Assembly: GCA_030065235.1 (NCBI GenBank)
Contig: JASJDC010000006.1
Span: 32,535-96,534, forward strand
DNA: 64,000 bases
Direction: 5' to 3'
Source: Alphaproteobacteria bacterium
GTDB taxonomy: Bacteria; Pseudomonadota; Alphaproteobacteria; UBA8366; Aestuariispiraceae
Part shown: positions 9,080-17,113 of the stretch, in pieces
Position numbering within the stretch: position 1 is the first letter of the stretch
Layout: every line of letters begins with the position of its first letter
Position numbers and translations under genes: made by a program
The notes under the pieces: generated by a model
The model's database searches: none
Told to the model about the DNA's origin: nothing
The model's input: the letters and a program-made list of their open reading frames with translations, nothing else

Positions 9080-10693
9080 ATGACACGGATAGAGCTCAAG
9101 GGCGCGTTTGCGGCGCCGGGCTATGCGCGCGGTTCGGTCTTCATGCTTGACACCGGTGCGGCGCCTCCTGCGGCGTCGAGCCTCGCGGGGGGTGAAGAGG
9201 ACGCCCTTCGCGACTTCGAGGCGGCGCTGAACACCGCCCGCGTAGGGCTTGAGACGCTCTGCGCAAGTTTGAAGGATGAAGCAGCCGAAGGGATCGTCGA
9301 GTTTCAGATCGCCATGCTGGAGGATGAGTCGGTCAGCGATCCCGCGCGCAGCGCGATCAAGGCCGGCCAAGGCGTCGAACAGGCTTGGCGCGATGCGATT
9401 CAGTTTTTGATCGATGACTATATTGCCAGCGATGACGCCTATTTTCGCGAGCGCGCCTCAGACCTGATCGATATGCGCGACCGGGTGGTGCGGGCGCTCA
9501 GGGGCGAAGCGGAACGCGCCCCGCCCCCAGGTGCAATCCTGCTGGGCGAGGACCTTTCGCCGACCCGGTTTCTCAGCATCGATTGGTCTCACGGCGGCGG
9601 CGTCGCGCTTGTCGGCGGCAGTCCGACGGCGCATGTCGCGATCCTCGCCAGATCGAAAGGGGTCCCCTTGTTGGTCGGGCTCGACGCGCCGCCAGCCGGG
9701 ATGGGTGGCGAGGCGCTTCTGGACGCCGCCGCCGGACGTTTGATTGTTGAGCCCAACAAAGCCGATATCGACCGGTTTGAAACGTGCCGCCAGGCCGCTG
9801 CGCAGCAGGCGGAAGAGGATGCAAAGGGATTGAAGCGACCGGCGCTGACGCTGGGTGGCGCGCGCATCACGATTTATGTCAATGCGGCGGCGCCGGAGGG
9901 ACTCGACTCCGTCGATCCAGAAATCTGCGACGGAATCGGACTGACGCGCACCGAGTTCCTGTTCGATCGCGGCGCCGGCGGCGCGTTGCCTGGCGAGGAG
10001 GCGCAATACGCCGCTTATCGGAAACTCGTCGATTGGGCCCGAGGGCGGCCCGTGACGATCCGCACCTTGGACGCTGGCGGTGACAAACCGATTCCGGGCG
10101 TGACGGTCGATGGCGAAGCCAACCCGTTCCTTGGCGTACGCGGCGCGCGTTTATCCTTGCTGAGGCCAGATCTGTTCAAGATACAGTTGCGGGCGGTCTT
10201 GCGCGCCGCCGCTGACGGGCCCGTCAAGATCATGATTCCGATGGTCACCGCGCCGGAGGAAATGGCGCAATGCCGGGTGCTGCTGGAAGAAGCGCGTCAG
10301 GAACTGCTGTCGGGCGGCCAAGCGGCGGGCGAAGCCCCGCTCGGCATGATGGTGGAAGTGCCGGCGGCGGCGATTTCAATCCAGGATTTCGACGCGGATT
10401 TCTACTCGATCGGCAGCAATGACCTGATTCAATATGTGACGGCCTGTAGCCGGGACAGCGCCGGTCTGACCCACTTGGCGCGCGCGGACGCGCCGGCGGT
10501 GTTGGAGCTGATCGGCCGGGTCGCGGCGCATGGCCGAGCCGTGGGCAAGGAAGTCAGCCTGTGCGGCGATATGGCGGGGGATGTTCGATATACCGACCTC
10601 CTGTTGGCGGCTGGCCTGACGGCGCTATCGATGGCGCCGACGGCGGTGGCTGCGGTCAAGGGCGCGATCGGGCGCGCGCGGGAGGCGGCATGA
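9080..10693 (+). CDS. phosphoenolpyruvate-protein phosphotransferase (PTS Enzyme I homologue)
   Basis: Phospho-histidine region GGSPTAHVAILARSKGVP and C-terminal PEP-utilising TIM barrel (RTLDAGGDK, MVEVPAA, SIGSNDLIQY). Confidence 0.85.
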   Translation: MTRIELKGAFAAPGYARGSVFMLDTGAAPPAASSLAGGEEDALRDFEAALNTARVGLETLCASLKDEAAEGIVEFQIAMLEDESVSDPARSAIKAGQGVEQAWRDAIQFLIDDYIASDDAYFRERASDLIDMRDRVVRALRGEAERAPPPGAILLGEDLSPTRFLSIDWSHGGGVALVGGSPTAHVAILARSKGVPLLVGLDAPPAGMGGEALLDAAAGRLIVEPNKADIDRFETCRQAAAQQAEEDAKGLKRPALTLGGARITIYVNAAAPEGLDSVDPEICDGIGLTRTEFLFDRGAGGALPGEEAQYAAYRKLVDWARGRPVTIRTLDAGGDKPIPGVTVDGEANPFLGVRGARLSLLRPDLFKIQLRAVLRAAADGPVKIMIPMVTAPEEMAQCRVLLEEARQELLSGGQAAGEAPLGMMVEVPAAAISIQDFDADFYSIGSNDLIQYVTACSRDSAGLTHLARADAPAVLELIGRVAAHGRAVGKEVSLCGDMAGDVRYTDLLLAAGLTALSMAPTAVAAVKGAIGRAREAA

Positions 10694-11139
10694 ACGCGTC
10701 TACCCCGCCGCCGGAAAACCCCGTCGCCGCCTATAAAACCTTGTTTCGCGACGCCCTGGATCGCCGCCCGTCAGGCATGCGTCAGAGGCTGGCCGAAGCG
10801 TTGGGCAAGAACCGCAGTTTCATCACTCAGATTTCGAACCCGGCTTATCCGACGCCGATCCCAGCTGAACATGTCGATCGGATTATGGAACTCTGCCATT
10901 TCAGTCCGGATGAACGGCGCGCCTTCCTCGACGCCTACCGGATCGCCCATGCGCGCCGGACGCGTCAAATCGCCAGCGGGGCCGATACGCGAACTCTGAT
11001 CCTGGAGGCCCCGGATTTCGGCGACCCAGTCAAAAACGCGGCCTATGACCAAACCATGCGCGATATCGCGCGGCGGATTTCAAAGCTTGTAAGGGACGCC
11101 GGGCCGGCGTCGCCGGTCGATGAAGATGGGAACCGATGA
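10690..11139 (+). CDS. XRE/Cro-like helix-turn-helix protein of unknown role
   Basis: ATG 10690 overlaps the Enzyme I stop (ATGA). The stop at 11137-11139 is 1 nt before the dhaK ATG. The segment RQRLAEALGKNRSFITQISN looks like a Cro/C1-type HTH. No other domain recognised. Confidence 0.6.
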   Translation: MNASTPPPENPVAAYKTLFRDALDRRPSGMRQRLAEALGKNRSFITQISNPAYPTPIPAEHVDRIMELCHFSPDERRAFLDAYRIAHARRTRQIASGADTRTLILEAPDFGDPVKNAAYDQTMRDIARRISKLVRDAGPASPVDEDGNR

Positions 11140-11140
11140 C

Positions 11141-12136
11141 ATGAAAAAACTGATGAACAACGTAGAAACGATCCTGGATGAAAGCCTGAGCGGTTTCTGC
11201 GCCGCCCACGGGGATCTGATCGTGCGCGGCGAGGGGTTCGTGCGGCGCAAGACTTTGAAGCAAGGCAAGGTCGCTTTGATATCCGGCGGCGGCAGTGGGC
11301 ATGAACCGTTACATGGTGGATTCGTCGGCCATGGCATGTTGGACGCCGCCTGTCCTGGCGAGGTCTTCACCTCGCCGACGCCGGATCAGATGATGGCCGC
11401 CGCCGAGGCGGTCGATACCGGGGCGGGCGTGTTGTTCATCGTCAAGAATTACGAAGGCGACGTCATGAACTTCGAGATGGCGGCGGAGATGGCCGCCGAC
11501 ATGACGGGCCGCACGAGCGCCAGCGTCATCACCAATGACGATGTGGCGGTCGAGGATTCAAGCTTCACGACGGGCCGTCGGGGGGTCGCGGGCACCATGG
11601 TGGTAGAGAAGATCGTCGGCGCCGCCGCCGAGCAGGGCGAAAACCTGGAGAACCTGAAGTCCCTGGGCGATGCGGTGAACGGCGCCACCCGTTCCTTCGG
11701 CGTCGCCCTGACCAGTTGCACCGTCCCTGCGGCGGGCAAGCCGACCTTTGACTTGGGCGAAGACGAGATGGAGTTCGGCGTCGGCATTCATGGCGAACCT
11801 GGGCGGCGGCGCGAGAAAATGCGCTCCGCCGACGCGATCGCTGAGGAAATGGTCGGCCATATTGTGGACGATTTCGGCGACCGCGCCGCGGGCGACGCCT
11901 TGCTGTTGGTCAACGGTTTCGGCGGAACGCCCGCCATGGAGCTGTATTTGATGTATAACGCAGCGCGGCGCTTGCTTGAGGCGCGGGGACTGACAGTGGC
12001 CCGGTCGCTTGTCGGCGACTATGTGACCTCCCTCGACATGGCCGGGTGCTCGGTGACGGTCAGTCTGCTCGACAGTGACGCCATGAAATTGTGGGATGCG
12101 CCGGTGCATACGCCGGCGCTGCGTTGGGGCGTCTAA
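11141..12136 (+). CDS. dhaK: dihydroxyacetone kinase, DHA-binding subunit DhaK
   Basis: DhaK motifs ISGGGSGHEPLHGGFVG, FIVKNYEGDVMNF, GRRGVAGT and GVGIHGEPG. Confidence 0.88.
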   Translation: MKKLMNNVETILDESLSGFCAAHGDLIVRGEGFVRRKTLKQGKVALISGGGSGHEPLHGGFVGHGMLDAACPGEVFTSPTPDQMMAAAEAVDTGAGVLFIVKNYEGDVMNFEMAAEMAADMTGRTSASVITNDDVAVEDSSFTTGRRGVAGTMVVEKIVGAAAEQGENLENLKSLGDAVNGATRSFGVALTSCTVPAAGKPTFDLGEDEMEFGVGIHGEPGRRREKMRSADAIAEEMVGHIVDDFGDRAAGDALLLVNGFGGTPAMELYLMYNAARRLLEARGLTVARSLVGDYVTSLDMAGCSVTVSLLDSDAMKLWDAPVHTPALRWGV

Positions 12137-12216
12137 ACGCGCGGTCCAGGGACGAGATGGTCGAGGAATGCGCGGTCACGATCAGCGGCGCTTGAAAGCC
12201 GTCCCGCGCTGAGGCG

Positions 12217-12855
12217 TTACTCGGCGGTAAACCCATCCGCCATCGCGCGCAGCAGGATCGCGGTGGACGCTGCGCCGGGATCGATGTGGCCGACGGAGCG
12301 GGGGCCGAGGCGCGCCGATCGGCCCTTCTTGGCCATCATGTCAATGGTCGTCGTCGCACCCTTTTCCGCCGCGTCGGCGGCCTGCGACAGGATTTCAGCC
12401 GCCGAGCGGTCCGCTTCGAGCGCCTGAAGGGCCGCCTTCGCCGCCGGATCCCAGGCGTCCAGCATGGTTTTGTCGCCGAGATCGGCCTTGCCGCGACTGC
12501 GAACGCCGTCGGCCATCGCCGTCACCATATCGGCCACGGCCGTTCGGTCGAGAACCGTCTGGCCTTTCACTTTGGCGCCAGCGCGCATAAAGGCGGTGGC
12601 GTAGAGCGGGCCGGCGGAAGCCCCGACGGCGTTGAGAAAGGCTTTCGCCGCCGTGTTGAACACGTCCGTCGGGTGTGCGGCGTTGACTTCGCTCAGCGCC
12701 TTGCGCACAGCGGAAAATCCGATCGACATCGTCACGCCGTGGTCCGCGTCGCCGATCGCCCCATCAAGTTCGCACAAGTGGTCTTTTTCGCGCTCAATCG
12801 CGTCCGCCATGAGATTGAAGAGGTCTATCAATCGCGCCTGGTCGATTGTCGACAT
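12217..12855 (-). CDS. dhaL: second DhaL-type ADP-binding subunit (paralogue)
   Basis: LDGAIGDADHGVTMSIGF and GASAGPLYA motifs. Start is probably ATG 12855 (GGGAG upstream) rather than 12891. Confidence 0.8.
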   Translation of the reverse strand: MSTIDQARLIDLFNLMADAIEREKDHLCELDGAIGDADHGVTMSIGFSAVRKALSEVNAAHPTDVFNTAAKAFLNAVGASAGPLYATAFMRAGAKVKGQTVLDRTAVADMVTAMADGVRSRGKADLGDKTMLDAWDPAAKAALQALEADRSAAEILSQAADAAEKGATTTIDMMAKKGRSARLGPRSVGHIDPGAASTAILLRAMADGFTAE

Positions 12856-13029
12856 TGCCGCCATCTCCCTGCTGCTGGCCCGGCTATGCAACCTTATCGA
12901 GCTGAAGCCGCGCCCCCTTCGCCCGATTGAGGCTCTTGCGAGAGGCCGACAGGTACACCGGCGCGCGCCCGATGAAAAGGCCGTCGACTGAGTCGCGCCG
13001 GTCGTAGAACTGGCGGTTGTGCGCGTCGG

Positions 13030-14049
13030 TCAACCGACCCGGAACTGCGCGCAGTCGCACGGATGATCCAGCATCTCAATCAGTTCGCCATCCAAATGGT
13101 GCAGTGAAATCGAGGCGCCGGCCATCTCCATCGAGGTGCAATAGCCCCCGACCCAGGTCGCATGCAGGCCGACGCGGATATCGTCCAGCCGCTGTTTGAC
13201 CCGCCGGTTAAGCAGATAAAGCTCCATCATCGGCGTCGATCCCAGCGAGTTGACCAGAACCGCGACCGTGTCGCCTTTCGACGGCTGCATCTCGGAGAGG
13301 ATCCGGTCCATCAAAGCGTCGGCGACGGCGTCCGCCGACTGTATCGGGCCGCGCTCGACGCCCGGTTCGCCATGAATGCCCAGACCGATCTCCATTTCGT
13401 CGGGACCTAGGTCGAAATTCGGTTTCCGCGTGTGCGGAAGCGAGCATGGCGACAGCGCGACGCCCATTGTGTAGGTGTGATCATTGGCCTTGCGGGCGAT
13501 CCGTTCGCACGCGTCGAAATCCAACATCTTATCGCAGGCGGCGCCGGCGGCCTTGAAAATGAAGAAATTCCCCGCGACGCCGCGCCGGTCAACGCGCCGG
13601 TCAACGCGCCGGTCCGGGGGCGCTGAGGCCACGTCGTCGGTCGACAGCACCGTTCGAACCTCGATATCGTCCATCGCCGCCATTTCCGCCGCCATGTCGA
13701 AATTCATCACATCGCCGGCGTAGTTGCCGTACATGAATAACACGCCCGCGCCGCCGTCGACCGCTTTGGCGCATTCAAGGATCGGGTCCGGCGGCGGCGA
13801 GGCGAAGACGTTGCCGATCGCCGCTGCGTCCGCAAGCCCGCGGCCGACGAATCCGACAAAGGTGGGTTCATGGCCGGACCCGCCGCCGATCACCAATCCG
13901 ACCTTGCCGTCGCGCGGTCCGTCCCGGGCGATGATTGACCGGGGCGAATCGGGAACTTGCATCAGGTGCTGGGGATGCGCCGCCAGCATTCCATCCAGCA
14001 TTTCGTCGATGATCGCCGCGGGGTCGTTGATAAGCTTTTTCGTCTTCAT
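13030..14049 (-). CDS. dhaK: second DhaK-type DHA-binding subunit (paralogue) carrying an in-frame tandem duplication
   Basis: VIGGGSGHEPTFVGFVG, FMYGNYAGDVMNF, RRGVAGN and GLGIHGEPG motifs. Contains PPDRRVDRRVDRRGVAG, encoded by the 12-bp repeat at 13581-13614. Confidence 0.85.
   Translation of the reverse strand: MKTKKLINDPAAIIDEMLDGMLAAHPQHLMQVPDSPRSIIARDGPRDGKVGLVIGGGSGHEPTFVGFVGRGLADAAAIGNVFASPPPDPILECAKAVDGGAGVLFMYGNYAGDVMNFDMAAEMAAMDDIEVRTVLSTDDVASAPPDRRVDRRVDRRGVAGNFFIFKAAGAACDKMLDFDACERIARKANDHTYTMGVALSPCSLPHTRKPNFDLGPDEMEIGLGIHGEPGVERGPIQSADAVADALMDRILSEMQPSKGDTVAVLVNSLGSTPMMELYLLNRRVKQRLDDIRVGLHATWVGGYCTSMEMAGASISLHHLDGELIEMLDHPCDCAQFRVG
13581..13614. repeat. 12-bp tandem repeat (cgcgccggtcaa, about 2.8 copies) inside dhaK paralogue
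   Basis: Direct reading gives cgcgccggtcaa cgcgccggtcaa cgcgccggtc. On the coding strand this is GAC CGG CGC GTT x2 plus GAC CGG CGC (DRRV DRRV DRR). Confidence 0.95.
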
Positions 14050-14102
14050 GCCGTCTTTCCATCATCTCCGCGCGTTCAGGTTTGCCGCTTGGTCGTTGCC
14101 GG

Positions 14103-14483
14103 TCAGTCCATCGGCGCCTGGCGGTCCAAGAGCGCTTCGGCGGTGGGCGCGTCGGTTACCAGCGTCGAGATATAGCCGCCCATCAGGCAGGCCCTGATCG
14201 CGTCGACCTTGTCGCGACCGCCCGCCACCGCGATCCTCGTGTCCGCGCCCTTGATGTCTTCCAAGGTCAAGCCGATGATCGTCTCATCATAGTCATTATG
14301 AATGGGCGCGCCATCCGCGTCGATAAACCGGCCGGCGACAACCGCCTCAGCCCACATCCCGCCCGGCCTTTCGAGCGACAATTTGGGTGTCGGCGCTGTG
14401 CGCGATGGCGAGAAGGCCGATTGGGTATTGGCGCCGGCTTCGTCACGGTGCTGAAACACGCAATGGAGCCTGAGACCGCGCAT
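14103..14483 (-). pseudogene. truncated SorC/DeoR-type sugar-binding transcriptional regulator (C-terminal remnant only)
   Basis: GRFIDADGAPI...IIGLTLEDIKGADTRIAVAGGRDKVDAIRACLMGGYISTLVTDAPTAEALL matches the extreme C-terminus of SorC-family regulators. Full-length members are roughly 310-320 aa, from recollection. Only about 250 bp separates this ORF from the 3' end of the next gene, so the HTH and most of the sugar-binding domain cannot be present. Confidence 0.55.
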
Positions 14484-14633
14484 CGGTTCGCTCAGGCCTC
14501 AGCCGGGCTGGTCGCCATGGGCCTTGGCTTGGACGCGGGCACTATCTCTTTCGACGACTGGGTGAAGAAGATGCCGGATTGGCCGATTCGGTCTTGATCC
14601 AATCGCTCTTAGAGCCCCGAGGCTTTAAATGAT

Positions 14634-14678
14634 CGCCACTCGTATGGGCGCCACTCGAATGGGCGCCGCTCGGATGGG
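14634..14678. repeat. 15-bp tandem repeat, 3 diverged copies
   Basis: cgccactcgtatggg / cgccactcgaatggg / cgccgctcggatggg. Flanked by gatcgcc (14631) and cgatcgccgatc (14682). Non-coding, just 3' of the MCP gene. Confidence 0.9.
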
Positions 14679-14733
14679 CCCCGATCGCCGATCTCCGCCT
14701 TTCCCCTAACCCGACAATTCTCCAGCTCTGCGC

Positions 14734-16464
14734 CTATGCGGCTGGCTGTGCGCCGGCATCGGCGCTGATTCGACCCAGGAATTGGCCGACGGACGATTTC
14801 AGGTTCTCCGACAGTTCCGCAACCTCCGTCGCCGCACTGAGGACCGAGTCGGCCGATGAGCCTGTTTCGCGTGCGCCCCGTTGCACATCGACGATGACTT
14901 GAGCGACTTGCTCAACACCGTGGGACGCTTCGGAGACGCTCCGGACGATTTCCGTGTTTGTCGTATTCTGTTCTTCCACCGCTTCCGAAACGACCGTCAC
15001 CGCTTCGTCGATCTCCGAAACATTCGAAATAATTCGCTCCATAGCATTCACAGAGGCTTTCGTGGCGTTCTGTATCTCGAATATCCGTGTGCCGATCTCC
15101 TCTGTTCTCTGGCTGGTTTCGCTCGCCAGTTTCTTCACCTCCTCGGCGACGACCGCGAACCCTCTTCCCGCTTCGCCGGCGCGCGCCGCTTCAATCGTCG
15201 CATTGAGCGCAAGCAAATTGGTCTGTTCCGCAATCCCTTGGATCGCCGTCACCACTTCCCCGATATTGCTGACCAATTCGTTGAGGGTGCTGACGGTCTC
15301 ATTCGCCGCCTTGGCGTTGTTCGCGGTGTCATTTGACTTTGAACGCGCGCTGGTGATCTGGCTCGTTATCTCATTGGAGCTTGCGGACATTTCCTCCATC
15401 GCCGAAGCAACCGTATTGACGTTTGCGCTTGATTCTTCAGACGATGAGGCGACGGTCTCGCTCGCTTTCGATGTTTCGTCCGCGATGCTGCGCATCGACT
15501 CCGCCGTGGTGTGAAGGGCGCCGGAGGCGGAGGTCAGCGAATCGATCAGGCCGCCGATCTGCGAATCGAAGTTCGCCGCAAGGTCCAACATGTCCTGCTT
15601 GCGCTTGGCTTCCTCTTCTTCTTTCAGTCTTTCCCGTTCGCTTGTCAGCTTGCGAACCTGCAATTGGTTGTCCTTGAACTTTTCGAGACTTGTGACGATG
15701 ACGCCCAGTTCGTCCTTTCGCTCTAATTTCGCGAGATCAATGTCGATATCGCCTTCCGCCAACGCTTCGGTCGTCTCCGAGATCTTCTTAATCGACTTCA
15801 CGATCACGTAAACGATGCCGATTGAACTCAGCAGGATCAGCAGGCTGACAATAATAGACCCGATCAGCGACAAATACTGGAATTGAGAGATTTCTTCTTC
15901 ACTCGTTTTGGCGAGCGCATCGACGTCTCTGCGGATATTGTCCTGCAACGCCCGCAACGCCGTGAGAAACTCGTTATAGACACTGGTGTATCCACCTATG
16001 CCTTTCAGAACAAAACCGACGTCTATCTCCATCATTTGAATGGCGACGTCATAGACGCCGTCATCTTGCAGACCGATCACGTTCTTCTTGAAGCCGTCTT
16101 GCAACTGAGAGAGCGTCGCAGCGTCGTTTTCCTCGACAACAGTCAACAACGCGCCAAGTTCAGCATCCAATTGGATGGCTTCTTCTTTCAGCGCGAGCAT
16201 TTTCGCCTCGCCGTCTTCCAGATCTCCGACATACTGACTAATCAGATATCTGTAGAAGAGCCCATCGATAGTCTGGAACTTCTCCAAAAGAGCGTTGATC
16301 TGGCTTACCTTTGCGATACCTTCGAAGGAGATCCTCTGCTGAACCGCCAACAGCCTGTCGTTGTTGATTTTCCCAATCAACAGAATGCCGCCTATCAACA
16401 GGAACAAAAAGGCGAGCGGAATGAGGAGCTTAGCGAAGAGCGGGATATTCTTGAACTCGAGCAT
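14734..16464 (-). CDS. methyl-accepting chemotaxis protein (two TM helices, periplasmic helical sensor, HAMP, MCP signalling domain)
   Basis: Highly conserved hairpin tip [39 protein letters not shown]1 [21 protein letters not shown]2 [25 protein letters not shown], followed by a HAMP-like segment. Confidence 0.9.
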   Translation of the reverse strand: MLEFKNIPLFAKLLIPLAFLFLLIGGILLIGKINNDRLLAVQQRISFEGIAKVSQINALLEKFQTIDGLFYRYLISQYVGDLEDGEAKMLALKEEAIQLDAELGALLTVVEENDAATLSQLQDGFKKNVIGLQDDGVYDVAIQMMEIDVGFVLKGIGGYTSVYNEFLTALRALQDNIRRDVDALAKTSEEEISQFQYLSLIGSIIVSLLILLSSIGIVYVIVKSIKKISETTEALAEGDIDIDLAKLERKDELGVIVTSLEKFKDNQLQVRKLTSERERLKEEEEAKRKQDMLDLAANFDSQIGGLIDSLTSASGALHTTAESMRSIADETSKASETVASSSEESSANVNTVASAMEEMSASSNEITSQITSARSKSNDTANNAKAANETVSTLNELVSNIGEVVTAIQGIAEQTNLLALNATIEAARAGEAGRGFAVVAEEVKKLASETSQRTEEIGTRIFEIQNATKASVNAMERIISNVSEIDEAVTVVSEAVEEQNTTNTEIVRSVSEASHGVEQVAQVIVDVQRGARETGSSADSVLSAATEVAELSENLKSSVGQFLGRISADAGAQPAA

Positions 16465-16549
16465 CTATCCGAAACCTCTGAGGCGTTAGTCTTCATTCGA
16501 TGTCGCGCGACCACATCGGCACCGACCGAATTCCATTTACATCATTTTA

Positions 16550-16563
16550 TTATTAATTAATAA
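16550..16563. promoter_or_regulatory. perfect 14-bp AT palindrome TTATTAATTAATAA flanked by CATTTTAT direct repeats, upstream of the MCP gene
   Basis: Self-complementary 14-mer 86-99 bp upstream of the MCP ATG (16464, minus strand). CATTTTAT occurs at 16543-16550 and 16566-16573. Confidence 0.3.
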
Positions 16564-17113
16564 TGCATTTTATCCGCGGTGATGGCCGTGGGATTCTGTT
16601 GTACTAGACAACTAGCGAAGCCGATATAACAATCAATGCGCAAAAGTATTCGACACGACTATTCGAATCTCATTAGCATATTGCGATGAGAAAGTCGTTC
16701 GGGGACGTATCGAGGTGTCAGAAGGTGGCGTGCTACAATAAGTACGCCGCTACGCGTTTCGATGGTGTGGCGCCAGACGACGGTCGCCTTGGCGCCCAGG
16801 TTGGTCATCAAGACATGCTTGCATCGAAGGGTCTGCTTGGTTTGAGCGCGAGAACGATGGCGTGGGGTGTCAACTCGCGCCATCGAGCGCATCGGTGCGA
16901 GTTCATACAGTATCCAAGTGTCAAGTCCGGTCCTGCGGCCGCACACCCTGCGGGCCGGTCGATTCGTCTCGGCGGTCCGGACCGGGATCGCTGGGCGACG
17001 GTCGGCGCCGCCGAACGCCATTTGCGCCCCCGCGAATACAGAAGCGCAGAGCTGCCATCCGAGTCAGCCTCTGTTTCCTAGCCATCACAGACCAAGAAGC
17101 GGTGTACTGAGAC

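Noticed and set aside
8232-9370. 284-aa and 350-aa minus-strand ORFs across dhaM/HPr/EI
   Set aside because: Antisense to three genes with clear PTS motifs. Ala/Ser/Arg-rich shadow ORFs.
14082-14597. 171-aa plus-strand ORF
   Set aside because: Antisense to the SorC remnant, whose C-terminal motif match is specific. Arg-rich product.
14625-14693. Reading frame through the 15-bp repeats giving PIRAAPIRVAPIRVA
   Set aside because: The frame is under 60 codons, has no start context, and is out of frame with the MCP stop at 14734. Treated as non-coding repeat.
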